Source: Chlamydiia bacterium
GTDB taxonomy: Bacteria; Chlamydiota; Chlamydiia; Chlamydiales; RGXB01
Assembly (NCBI GenBank): GCA_040382515.1
Contig: JBEIFH010000019.1
Span: 1-28,183, forward strand
DNA length: 28,183 nucleotides
Direction of reading: 5' to 3'
In this document: piece after piece, positions 16,402 to 25,277 of the stretch
Layout of the letters: each line of letters opens with the position of its first letter
Position numbering within the stretch: the stretch's first letter is position 1
Translations under genes and position numbers: made by a program
Notes under the pieces: generated by a model
Databases searched by the model: none
What the model saw: only the letters and a program-made list of their open reading frames with translations
Told to the model about the DNA's origin: nothing

Positions 16402-16432
16402 AACCGAATACTAAATCTCGCCATTTGGGTTG

Positions 16433-17941
16433 TCAATCTTCATCTGAAAAATAGGCCCCTTTTATGTCAATTAAACCCATGTCGCTTATATGAATCCCTT
16501 TTAAACGGGGGTTTTTTACGTACTGCATGGACATCTGGTACAACGGAATGACCGGGGATTCTTCAAGCAGAATCTTTTCAGCCGCCTCAAGCGTATCGAC
16601 GCGGGCTGATCCTGTCAAACAGATCGCCTTATCTATCAATTCTTTGAATTGGACGTTTTCCCAAAATGTATTGTTTGTCCCAGTATCTGCCGTCCGGAAA
16701 TTCTGTAAAAAATTGATCGGGTCAGGTACATCGGCGATCCAATTCCCCAGCGCGAGGTCGTAATCTTTTTTGGATACTCTTGAGAAAAAAACTTTCGGTT
16801 CTAATTTTTCCAAAGCGATCTGTATCCCGACGCTGTCTAGTTGTGATTGGATAGCCTGCGCCAGTCTGTTTGAGAGTGTCGTTGAGGTATAGGATAAAGT
16901 AAAAATCCTCGATTGGGGACAAGAAATTAGAAGTTCTTTAGCCTCCTCTTTTCCCCCGTCGCAATACGCCTTTTCAGTTGTCGAATTCGGACAAATTCTT
17001 AAAGAGGGTTTTTGCGAGTTGAAAAGAATGTGCTCACAGATATCCTTGCGGTGGATTGCCGTCGCAATCGCTTTTCTGAAAGTTGGGTTCATTAGGTCAT
17101 CGCGCTTTGTGTTGACCCGTATCCACTGGGTTCCAAGAATCGGATGTGTCGTGAGCCTACCGGCTTTAAACAATTGATCGCGGCTATCAGGAGGGATGAT
17201 ACCAAATGGGGAACCTTCAAGATCGATTTGTCCCTTCTCAAAAAGTTGCATCCCCGTTTCATTGTCACACATGTGTAACTCAACTTTGTCTATCTTCACC
17301 TGATCGCGATCCCAATAGAAAGAATTTTTATTCAAAGTGATCTGGTAATTATGAAACCAATTGAAGAGGGTAAAGGGGCCGTTGTATACCCCGTTTGCCC
17401 CCGGGTGGGGAAAAAAAACAGGAAGGGTCAAAAGATCCAAAAAGAAGGGTATTGGATGTAAAAGCTGGAATTCCAAGGTGTGGCTGTCTAATGCTTTTAC
17501 ACCAAGGGTTTCCATCTCCTGGTGCCCTTTTTTTATCTTTTCAGCACCTTTGATGTAGTAGAGCAAAAAAGCGTAATCGCTCGGAAAATCGGGATGTAGA
17601 AGGGTCTTGAACGAATAGATAAAATCTTCTGCGACAATAGCCCTTCCGTCAGACCAATTGGTTTTTTTCAACTTGAACCGGTAGATCGTCCCCGACTCGT
17701 CGACGGTATAATCTTCCGCAAGAGCTTTTACAATCCCCTCTTTCGACGAGCGGAAGAGCCCCTCGTAAATCATATTGGCGATGCTGATGTCACTCAGAGT
17801 TCTAAGCCTCCTTGTGTCAAGTGAGTGAGGTTCTGAAACAATATTGAGAGCCAATTTTACCGACTCCTTTTGAGGAGAAGAGCACATCAAAAGAAGGAGG
17901 CTCACAAAAAAGATGATAAAAGAAGACTTTTTTGAACGCAT
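16433..17941 (-). CDS. oppA: Peptide ABC transporter substrate-binding lipoprotein (OppA family)
   Basis: N-terminal hydrophobic stretch + Cys20; EPHSLD, IYEGL, WSDGRAIVAEDF, NGPF, W.AD.PDP.NFL, AEKILLEE.PVIPLY. Confidence 0.9.
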   Translation of the reverse strand: MRSKKSSFIIFFVSLLLLMCSSPQKESVKLALNIVSEPHSLDTRRLRTLSDISIANMIYEGLFRSSKEGIVKALAEDYTVDESGTIYRFKLKKTNWSDGRAIVAEDFIYSFKTLLHPDFPSDYAFLLYYIKGAEKIKKGHQEMETLGVKALDSHTLEFQLLHPIPFFLDLLTLPVFFPHPGANGVYNGPFTLFNWFHNYQITLNKNSFYWDRDQVKIDKVELHMCDNETGMQLFEKGQIDLEGSPFGIIPPDSRDQLFKAGRLTTHPILGTQWIRVNTKRDDLMNPTFRKAIATAIHRKDICEHILFNSQKPSLRICPNSTTEKAYCDGGKEEAKELLISCPQSRIFTLSYTSTTLSNRLAQAIQSQLDSVGIQIALEKLEPKVFFSRVSKKDYDLALGNWIADVPDPINFLQNFRTADTGTNNTFWENVQFKELIDKAICLTGSARVDTLEAAEKILLEESPVIPLYQMSMQYVKNPRLKGIHISDMGLIDIKGAYFSDED

Positions 17942-18119
17942 AGTGAAACTACGTTTTTTTATTTGGCCAAATTTACAAATTTTTATCGGGTCGATCCCCC
18001 AAATTCTCTATTTTTTAGAGTTTGTAAGAGATGAAAAATTTTGTATTTTTTATTTAAATCAAAATTATAATATGAGCCTTCTTAAGGCTTTTTGCAAGGA
18101 TTATTTAATTAAGAATTTT

Positions 18120-18860
18120 ATGAAAAGTTTTTATACAACAACGTATCTACCCCTCTACACCCGAAATGATCTTGATTTTCTTTACGAAGAGAAACCCAAA
18201 AAAAATGAAATAGGGTTGTTATTAGGTGTCGCGATGATCCTCTATCCTGGATCAAGGGTCGATGTGTTGAGAAACTCGATAGACCCCCTTGTCGAAGTCA
18301 AAACACCCCACTATAAGTTTGACATTCCCCTGTATGTGGACTGCCGATATTTGACCGACAAGCAGATAAGAAATTTTTTTCTCCCCTCCTTTGATAAGGC
18401 TCTGGAAAATCTCTCTTTAATCAAGGAGGACACCCGTTACATTTGGGGTGGGAACCATAGCGAAGGTATCCCGAGGCTCCTTGAGGACTTTCCGCCTAAA
18501 GTCGAGTTGAATCAGGAGGAAAAAAAAGATTGGATTCTACAGGGTTTGGACTGCTCGGGACTTTTTTTTCAAGTATGCGAGGGGGCTTCACCAAGAAATT
18601 GCAGCATTATGCATCAGATCGGGGAAGAGATTGTGGGGGCAGGATTGCACGAATTGCGGCCGCTAGATCTCATTTTAACTCCGGACCATGTTGTTGTAGT
18701 CGAGTCTACATCCTCAGTCATCGAATCGACAAAACGGTTCAATGGTGTTCGAAGGAGCCCTCTTACAAAAGAGTTTTTGGAATTAGAGATCTTCAAAAAG
18801 CATCGGATCATCCGCCCTTTTTTCAAAAATATCCCTGTACCTTGCTATTTTTTCAGTTGA
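18120..18860 (+). CDS. NlpC/P60 family cysteine peptidase (YkfC-like)
   Basis: YIWGG ... GLDCSG ... PRN ... DHVVVV (Cys/His catalytic pair). Start placed at ATG18120, downstream of TATAAT 18066-18071; ATG18072 is an alternative, and the track start 17913 overlaps oppA. Confidence 0.8.
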   Translation: MKSFYTTTYLPLYTRNDLDFLYEEKPKKNEIGLLLGVAMILYPGSRVDVLRNSIDPLVEVKTPHYKFDIPLYVDCRYLTDKQIRNFFLPSFDKALENLSLIKEDTRYIWGGNHSEGIPRLLEDFPPKVELNQEEKKDWILQGLDCSGLFFQVCEGASPRNCSIMHQIGEEIVGAGLHELRPLDLILTPDHVVVVESTSSVIESTKRFNGVRRSPLTKEFLELEIFKKHRIIRPFFKNIPVPCYFFS

Positions 18861-19280
18861 ATGCTCTATGATAGGCTTTTCACTGTCCCCTTTTTTCCTT
18901 TTTTTAAAACGGAAAAGGTAGAGAAAATCCTCTACGGTTAGGGTGGGGATTTCTAATTCCTTTACGGAAAGAAGGAGGTGCTTGTCGCTAGAGACAATGG
19001 TGAGATCTCTTTTTTTCGAGCCGTGGCATATTTCCATAATAAATGCATCTGCACTCATTTGTGGTGGTGAAAACAAAAGATGAAAAGGGGGATCTCTATG
19101 GGTGTTAAGCGAAAAAAAATACTTTGGATTCGAGTCAAATATAATCTCTACGCGGTGCTTTGTACCTTCAAAAAGTTCCCACAAAAAGGGGATGACTTGG
19201 TCCCGCTGTTTTTCTAAACTTTCCTCTTTTGTCTCAAGGACCCGGAAAATGAGATTGTATCCATCAATTACAAATCGCAT
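18783..19280 (-). CDS. NYN/YacP-like PIN-fold ribonuclease
   Basis: FVIDGYNL, IIFDS, SADAFI, IVSSDK acidic motifs. Confidence 0.85.
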   Translation of the reverse strand: MRFVIDGYNLIFRVLETKEESLEKQRDQVIPFLWELFEGTKHRVEIIFDSNPKYFFSLNTHRDPPFHLLFSPPQMSADAFIMEICHGSKKRDLTIVSSDKHLLLSVKELEIPTLTVEDFLYLFRFKKRKKGDSEKPIIEHSTEKIARYRDIFEKRADDPMLFEDL

Positions 19281-19882
19281 GCGGCTGCTTCTGTCATGCT
19301 GGTCAAAATAGGATCCAGTTTGTCAAGAGCTTTTCTTCTGTGGGAGACTCTGTTTTTTGTATCTTGGTCCAACTCGCCAAATGTTTTATTGTAGTCGTAT
19401 TTCACAAAAAGGGAATCGTAGCCAAAACCTTGTGAACCGCGCTCTTCATCAATAAGCTCCCCCTCGCACTGACCCAACACGATTTTGAGACATTTCCCAG
19501 GTAAGCAAAGGGCTATTGAGCAGGCAAAGTAGGCGCTTTTTTCTGCATCCTGGAGTGTTTTTAGAAGTGTTTTGAGTTTATTTCGATTTTCAGCATCGGT
19601 AGCGTTTTCCCCTGCAAAACGGCGACTGTAGACACCGGGCTGCCCTTTTAAAGCCGGAACAACCAGGCCCGAATCATCTGCCAAAGTTAGGATCTCTAAA
19701 TGATCTGCCGCATGTTGGGCTTTCGCCAAAGCATTCCCTTCAAAAGTATCTTTGTCCTCTGGAGGGGGATTGTAATGAGGGAAGTCTTTGAGGGTATAGA
19801 TGTCAAAGGGATACTTTTTCAAAAGCTCTTTGTACTCACGGATCTTTCCTCCGTTATTTGTTGCAATCAAAAGTTTTAACAT
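19268..19882 (-). CDS. rdgB: Non-canonical purine NTP pyrophosphatase (RdgB/HAM1)
   Basis: ATNNGGK.RE, TFEGNA.AKA, ADDSGL, PGVYSRR, GFGYD, KNRVSHR. Confidence 0.95.
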   Translation of the reverse strand: MLKLLIATNNGGKIREYKELLKKYPFDIYTLKDFPHYNPPPEDKDTFEGNALAKAQHAADHLEILTLADDSGLVVPALKGQPGVYSRRFAGENATDAENRNKLKTLLKTLQDAEKSAYFACSIALCLPGKCLKIVLGQCEGELIDEERGSQGFGYDSLFVKYDYNKTFGELDQDTKNRVSHRRKALDKLDPILTSMTEAAACDL

Positions 19883-20088
19883 CTTCTAACCCCGTTCATG
19901 GTCCGTTGCATAAAAAACCCTCTTTTCGCCTATGGTCTTAAAGATTAGGATAAGCCCTTTTTTCGTTTAGATTATCTTCATTTTTTTGCCCCGGCTATCG
20001 GCACTGTTAAAGAATCAGAGGCCGTTTTTGGCGTTGCTAAAGCTGGCAAAAATCTTTTAGAAAAAAGGTTTTATCAAAATTTAAAAGA

Positions 20089-22248
20089 CTATCCCCTTTC
20101 TTTTGAGGAAAGACAGCTTTGGATGTTTTTAATCGTATAGGTTTTCCCATTCATCTCAAAAGTATCATCGTCACGTCTTCCCTCAAGCTCTTTTGCAAAC
20201 TTGGATTTGTACGACAAGATGTGATGATCCGCGTCCGCGTCATGGGGTCCCAAGATTTTAAAAAGGATCCTCTCATGGTTCGGCCCCTCAGCAATAAACT
20301 GCACTCCGACCCCGATCCTTGTGGCGTTGATATCCTCCTCAGTGAGAATACGCAGGTGGTTGAGCTCTTTTGATAGAGAGCGTAGCTCATGCTGCAATCG
20401 ATCCCTTTTTTCCAGAGCAAATTTGAATTCCGAATTTTCCCTCAAATCCCCGTAGGAGCGTGCAATTTCGATCTCTTTGGCATTTTCCAAAGTATCGACT
20501 TGAACGATCTGCTCTATTCGCTTTTTGATTTTGTTGTAGCCTGCCTCTGTGGTCCAGATAACAGTCTCGTCGTCCAAGGTTTCGGCTGAAGCCAACGAGG
20601 GGTGTACGACCTCGGCAAGGGATCTTAAGGTCTTAAGTTCATGAGAGGTCAGTGATTGGCATTTCGTCGATAAAAGGAGAAGCTCTTTCAGTTCAGCCAC
20701 GGAGCAGTGTTGGAAAAGATTACGGATCAATTGGAATCTTTGACCGGTGATAAAACCATGAATTTTTTTTGTGATATCTCTTGCGAGCGGGAAATTTTCA
20801 ACCTTGCTTAAAAGGGTGAAAAGCGCTTCAAAAAGCCGCTGGTTACCAAGCTTGTCTGCGTAGGGGAGGGTGGTAGATTTAAGGATAGTTTCAAAGAACC
20901 ATAAAAACGCTTCAGCATGGCGGTCAGGGGAGTGGATCAATTTTTCAACGACCTCCTCGACCTCTTTTGTGAAACCTCTTTTTACGAGCGAATTTAATAA
21001 AAATTCCCGAAGTTGCGAAAGGTCAACTTTAAGCAAAAGTTCTTTGAAAAGATCTTTGGAATCGTCTCGGAATTTTTCCAAACAGACCATGTATCTTTTT
21101 TTGAACGAAATGATCTGTATCTGATCGAGTATTTGCACCGGCAATTGCGCTTTTTTGATGAGGGCTTCGATGCTTCTGGATTCGGTCTCCCCATAGAGAT
21201 CTTCGAGGATAAAGAAAAGAGACAGCTCTTGGCCATCATTCAACTCGTGCTTCACAAGTGCATCCGCTAAATGGGCTCGTATTCTTTCTTTGAACTCCTG
21301 GTTTTTGATCGCCTGAGGGAAATCTCTTAAAAAAGAGTAGACCATTTCAATCAGAGTATCTGCATCAGGGCGCTCCTCCAATTGGTGGATCAATCGATCC
21401 TCGAAAGAGATGGCAACCGTCGCCAACCTAAACGGTTCATGCAGGGTAGCCGGAATGTGGATTTGTGGATCCTTTTTCATTTTATTGCGAGTAAGCTGCC
21501 ACCACTTTTGCCATTCGTTTTCAGGTATAACCAGATCAGCCATCTCCTCTTTAATTTCCTGGGCATTTTTCGGCCCGAGATCCTTCAGGAGTTTTTTTAT
21601 CACCTCTACAGGTTCTTTCCTTGCCATCTGTTCCAACTGGTCCGGACTTCCAAACCTCATGGATAGAAAATGGGTTTTGGGCAGGGGGATAAGGCAATGC
21701 AGTGCATTCGTTAGGGAAAGATCTTTTTTTTGCGCAACGAAATCAAATTCGCAGCTAACCTGCTCTCTTACAAAAGAGACATCGAGCACCTCTCCAACGC
21801 CCCAACCTTTTGTATGATAACAAAAATTTTTGGGCTTCAGATGTGTTAAAAGTTCAAGATTTGTTAGTATCCCTTGATAGGATGGACGCTCTTTTCCGCC
21901 AAGTATTTTGAGAAGCTTGGGATAATTGGGATCTGTCTCGTAGTGCTTGGAGATCTCTTCGTCAACCAAAGAGCGGAGGTTCATGCTGTTTGTAGTCTGA
22001 AGATCAACAAGCTGCCTTAAGATAGAGCGTTTTTCATCACCCTCGGGAATTTTCTCCCATAAAGGTAGAATGTCCTCAGCGTACTTGCCAAAGGAAGCTG
22101 CGAATGGGCTATTAGAAACCGCAACAAGGATAGCTTTTAATTCCGCCGGGTCAACTTCATCGCAAAAACTATACTCTTGCCAAAGGGAAATAAGGGGAGC
22201 AAACTGGTTGTCAAAAATATGTTTTTGAAACTGCTTGAGATATTCCAT
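20089..22248 (-). CDS. greA: Transcription elongation factor GreA, chlamydial long form
   Basis: C-terminal Gre domain (TTEAGY, ARSYGDLRENSEFK, ILGP.DAD, LSYKS) after a ~560-aa N-terminal region; likely start ATG22248 (MEYLKQF). Confidence 0.9.
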   Translation of the reverse strand: MEYLKQFQKHIFDNQFAPLISLWQEYSFCDEVDPAELKAILVAVSNSPFAASFGKYAEDILPLWEKIPEGDEKRSILRQLVDLQTTNSMNLRSLVDEEISKHYETDPNYPKLLKILGGKERPSYQGILTNLELLTHLKPKNFCYHTKGWGVGEVLDVSFVREQVSCEFDFVAQKKDLSLTNALHCLIPLPKTHFLSMRFGSPDQLEQMARKEPVEVIKKLLKDLGPKNAQEIKEEMADLVIPENEWQKWWQLTRNKMKKDPQIHIPATLHEPFRLATVAISFEDRLIHQLEERPDADTLIEMVYSFLRDFPQAIKNQEFKERIRAHLADALVKHELNDGQELSLFFILEDLYGETESRSIEALIKKAQLPVQILDQIQIISFKKRYMVCLEKFRDDSKDLFKELLLKVDLSQLREFLLNSLVKRGFTKEVEEVVEKLIHSPDRHAEAFLWFFETILKSTTLPYADKLGNQRLFEALFTLLSKVENFPLARDITKKIHGFITGQRFQLIRNLFQHCSVAELKELLLLSTKCQSLTSHELKTLRSLAEVVHPSLASAETLDDETVIWTTEAGYNKIKKRIEQIVQVDTLENAKEIEIARSYGDLRENSEFKFALEKRDRLQHELRSLSKELNHLRILTEEDINATRIGVGVQFIAEGPNHERILFKILGPHDADADHHILSYKSKFAKELEGRRDDDTFEMNGKTYTIKNIQSCLSSKERG

Positions 22249-22477
22249 TTTTAAAAACCTTCGATACTGGGTGTAGCGAGTAGTATAAGCGATGGAAATT
22301 AATAAATGCAAACGTTGTTGCTGTGTGTTGCCCAAGAATCTTGGTATCGTTTACATTAGAATCGAGAACTCTGGGTATTTTACTATTAGAACAAAGAGGG
22401 GTTTTTAGTGCCGTCAAGGTTTCAACGGCAACTTATAAAAAAACTTTTACAAATAACTCTAGACCGGCAAGGTGAAA

Positions 22478-24052
22478 ATGCAAGAAACAAAAAGTCTTTT
22501 AGCCCCCTTCGTTTCTAATACGGAGGAAAATATCTTCGTTCTTCAAAATCTACCCGAGGTGTTAAAAGGGGCCCTTTTTTCAAGGTATTCCAGGTCCAAG
22601 CTCGGTTTGAGAGAGCTTTTGCTCAAGGAGTTTCTTTTAAATCAAGAGGCCGGTTTTGAAAATCCGGGAACCGATTTTTCCCAGTTAAACATCAAAAAAG
22701 CGGTCGATTTCTACGATAGAATTCTCGATGGTTACGGGGACGACTCGGTTGCTGAGCTTGGAGGTGCCCATTTGGCCTTTGAAAGCGTCTCGATGCTTGC
22801 AACAAAAATTTTAGAAGATGCCAGGATAGGCGGTTCCCCTCTGGAAAAATCGACCCGATACATCCCTTTTGATGATAAAGTCGAGGGGAAATACCGGTAT
22901 TACCGTGATCCTGAAATCATCCGTTCTCCCTTGGGAGAAGAGTATGAGGCGAGGATGGATTCGCTTTTTTCCACATACTCCTCTTTGATTGCACCTATGA
23001 CCGAGAGAATAGAACAGCTTTATCCTCTGAAGGAGGGGGTGTCGGAGGCTGCTTGGCGGACGTCGTTGAGAGCGCTGGTTTTTGATTGTTTGAGAGGTCT
23101 TTTGCCCGCTGCTACGTTGACCAATCTTGGATTTTATGGAAATGGACGTTTTTTTGAATCTTTGTTGATGAAAATGCGTTTGAATCCATTGCACGAGGTG
23201 CAATCGATTGCACAAAAAGGGTTTTTAGAGCTGTCCAAAGTCATCCCCTCTTTTGTAAAAAGGGCGGAATTGGGCCACCGTCATTACCTGTCTTATGAAG
23301 AGTATATGACGGATCTTGACCGGTATACCGATACGGTTTGCAAACTGAAGCCGGTAGCAAAAGAGCCGGGATTTGGTGTGCGACTTGTGCATGCTCCACA
23401 AAAAAATTGTGTCGACCATTTACTAGTTTCCTTGATCTACGAAAAAGAGGGGGGGGACTACGCTTCCATTCTCGACAACGTGCAGTCGTTTAGCGACAGC
23501 AAGAAAAAAGAGATCCTTGAAGGGCTTGGCGGACTTAGAAAAAATAGGCGACATAAATCCCCAAGAGCACTGGAGCATATAGATTTTACTTTCGAGATCC
23601 AAGCCGATTTTGGTTGTTATCGAGATCTGCACCGTCATCGTATTTTGACGCAGCATAGGAAAAAATTGGATTGCGATCTGGGGTATTTTTTACCTTCAGA
23701 AATACAGGGGACAGAGATGGAGCCCGTTTACGTAAAAGCTTTAAACGATGCGAAAGATTTTTTTGACAGATTGCAAAAAGTTTGCCCTCAAGAGGCGGAG
23801 TATGCGGTGCCCATGGCGTATAATATCCGATGGTGTGTCAAAATAAATTTAAGAGCTTTGCAATGGATGGCAGAGTTGCGTTCGACCCCGCAAGGGCACC
23901 CCGAATATCGGAAGGTGGCTCAGGAGATGACAAAAAGGGTATTGGAACTGTTTCCACAGTTTGCCCCCCTTTTAGGTTTTGTGGATTTTTCAGAGCACGC
24001 TATTGGCAGATTGGCTCAAGAAGAGCGTAATTTAAAAAAAAGAGGGGGGTAG
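22478..24052 (+). CDS. thyX: FAD-dependent thymidylate synthase, double-length chlamydial type
   Basis: YGDDSVAEL, LEKSTRY, RGLLP in the first half; RALEH, RDLHRHR, ELRS..QGHPEYR in the second half; start ATG22478 or GTG22472. Confidence 0.9.
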   Translation: MQETKSLLAPFVSNTEENIFVLQNLPEVLKGALFSRYSRSKLGLRELLLKEFLLNQEAGFENPGTDFSQLNIKKAVDFYDRILDGYGDDSVAELGGAHLAFESVSMLATKILEDARIGGSPLEKSTRYIPFDDKVEGKYRYYRDPEIIRSPLGEEYEARMDSLFSTYSSLIAPMTERIEQLYPLKEGVSEAAWRTSLRALVFDCLRGLLPAATLTNLGFYGNGRFFESLLMKMRLNPLHEVQSIAQKGFLELSKVIPSFVKRAELGHRHYLSYEEYMTDLDRYTDTVCKLKPVAKEPGFGVRLVHAPQKNCVDHLLVSLIYEKEGGDYASILDNVQSFSDSKKKEILEGLGGLRKNRRHKSPRALEHIDFTFEIQADFGCYRDLHRHRILTQHRKKLDCDLGYFLPSEIQGTEMEPVYVKALNDAKDFFDRLQKVCPQEAEYAVPMAYNIRWCVKINLRALQWMAELRSTPQGHPEYRKVAQEMTKRVLELFPQFAPLLGFVDFSEHAIGRLAQEERNLKKRGG

Positions 24053-24053
24053 A

Positions 24054-25277
24054 ATGGTTCCTAAATTTTCGGGTGGTGTATTAGGCGGTGCTTTTTTAGT
24101 TACCGGGAGCTGTGTTGGGGCCGGAATGTTGGGCTTACCAATAATGACAGGCCTTGTGGGGTTTTACCCCTCTCTTATTCTATTTGCAGTAGCAGCCCTT
24201 TTCATGACTTGCACCGCTTTGCTTTTAGTAGAGGTTCAAGAGGAGTTTGACCGCCCTGTGAATTTGAGTACCATGTGTGGATTTTCCCTTGGAAAGGTGG
24301 GGAGGTTCTTATGTGGAGTGACCTATCTATTTTTATTTTACGCACTCCTTGTGGCGTACACTGCGCTCTCCGGGCATCATATGTCTCTTTTACTGAACCA
24401 TTTTTTTTCGGTAAACGTCCCCGATTGGGGAGGGAGCCTGTTTTTTGTGATCTTATTTGGGGCGGTTGTCTATCGGGGCACAAGGCCGGTGGATCTTTTA
24501 AATCGGTTTTTCATGATTTTCAAGATCTTGGCGTATCTTGGCCTTATATTTTTAAGCGCCCAGTATATAGACAGCTCCTTATATAAAAGAGTGAACTGGA
24601 CTTTTTTGCTCCCAGCTGTTCCGATCCTCATTATTTCTTTTGGATTCCATAATATGGTTCCGACTCTTGTAAAGCATTTCAAAAATGAGACTCAAAAAGT
24701 TGTCTCGTCCATTTTTTGGGGGGTAGTTATCACGCTTTTAATCAACCTTTTTTGGCAGTGGGTCGCTTTGGGAACCATTCCGGTCGGAGGAGAACAGGGG
24801 TTGATGAACAGTTATTTCAAAGGGATTGATGCCGCGCAATCGATGTCTTACCTTTTGTCCGATCCATCGATTTCGGTTTTTAGTAGCGCATTAGCTTTTT
24901 TTGCAATCATGACCTCGTTTTTAGCCCAGTCGATGAGCCTGGTCCATTTTTTACAAGATGTGACCCAGGTAAAAGTTGCCGAAGGTAAAGAGAGCGGCTC
25001 TTTGACCATTTTAGCGCTTTTTCCCCCTCTGGTGATCGCCGTCCTTGGTCCAAATCTATTCTTTAGTGCTTTGAATTTTGCCGGAGGTATTTGCGCCATG
25101 CTCCTTTTTGGGGTTTTTCCAGTAATGATGTGCTGGGTTAAGAGGTATCATAGAGGCCATTTTCGGGGGTTTTTGGTCCCCGGAGGCAGAGGGGTATTGT
25201 TGATACTTTTTGTATTTTCGGTCTTTGTCATGATTTACCAATTGCTTTCCATGATGGGGATCGTAGAGGGTGTCTGA
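24054..25277 (+). CDS. tyrP: Aromatic amino acid permease (TyrP/Mtr, HAAAP family)
   Basis: GSCVGAGMLGLP, YALLVAY, SFGFHNMVP, AIMTSFL; many TM segments; the exact substrate cannot be read from sequence. Confidence 0.8.
   Translation: MVPKFSGGVLGGAFLVTGSCVGAGMLGLPIMTGLVGFYPSLILFAVAALFMTCTALLLVEVQEEFDRPVNLSTMCGFSLGKVGRFLCGVTYLFLFYALLVAYTALSGHHMSLLLNHFFSVNVPDWGGSLFFVILFGAVVYRGTRPVDLLNRFFMIFKILAYLGLIFLSAQYIDSSLYKRVNWTFLLPAVPILIISFGFHNMVPTLVKHFKNETQKVVSSIFWGVVITLLINLFWQWVALGTIPVGGEQGLMNSYFKGIDAAQSMSYLLSDPSISVFSSALAFFAIMTSFLAQSMSLVHFLQDVTQVKVAEGKESGSLTILALFPPLVIAVLGPNLFFSALNFAGGICAMLLFGVFPVMMCWVKRYHRGHFRGFLVPGGRGVLLILFVFSVFVMIYQLLSMMGIVEGV

Noticed and set aside
17913..18119. N-terminal extension of the NlpC/P60 ORF given by the track
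   Set aside because: It overlaps the oppA start on the opposite strand, is low-complexity AT-rich and contains a TATAAT box, so it is more likely promoter DNA.
22409..22430. TGCCGT-N10-ACGGCA inverted repeat between greA and thyX
   Set aside because: The arms are only 6 bp with no second copy or U-tail. It contains GCCGT but lacks the AAA prefix and -36 spacing of the porin box.
20089..24052. Oversized GreA and double-length ThyX as novel fusions
   Set aside because: Both architectures are established features of chlamydiae; they are useful for taxonomy but not new.
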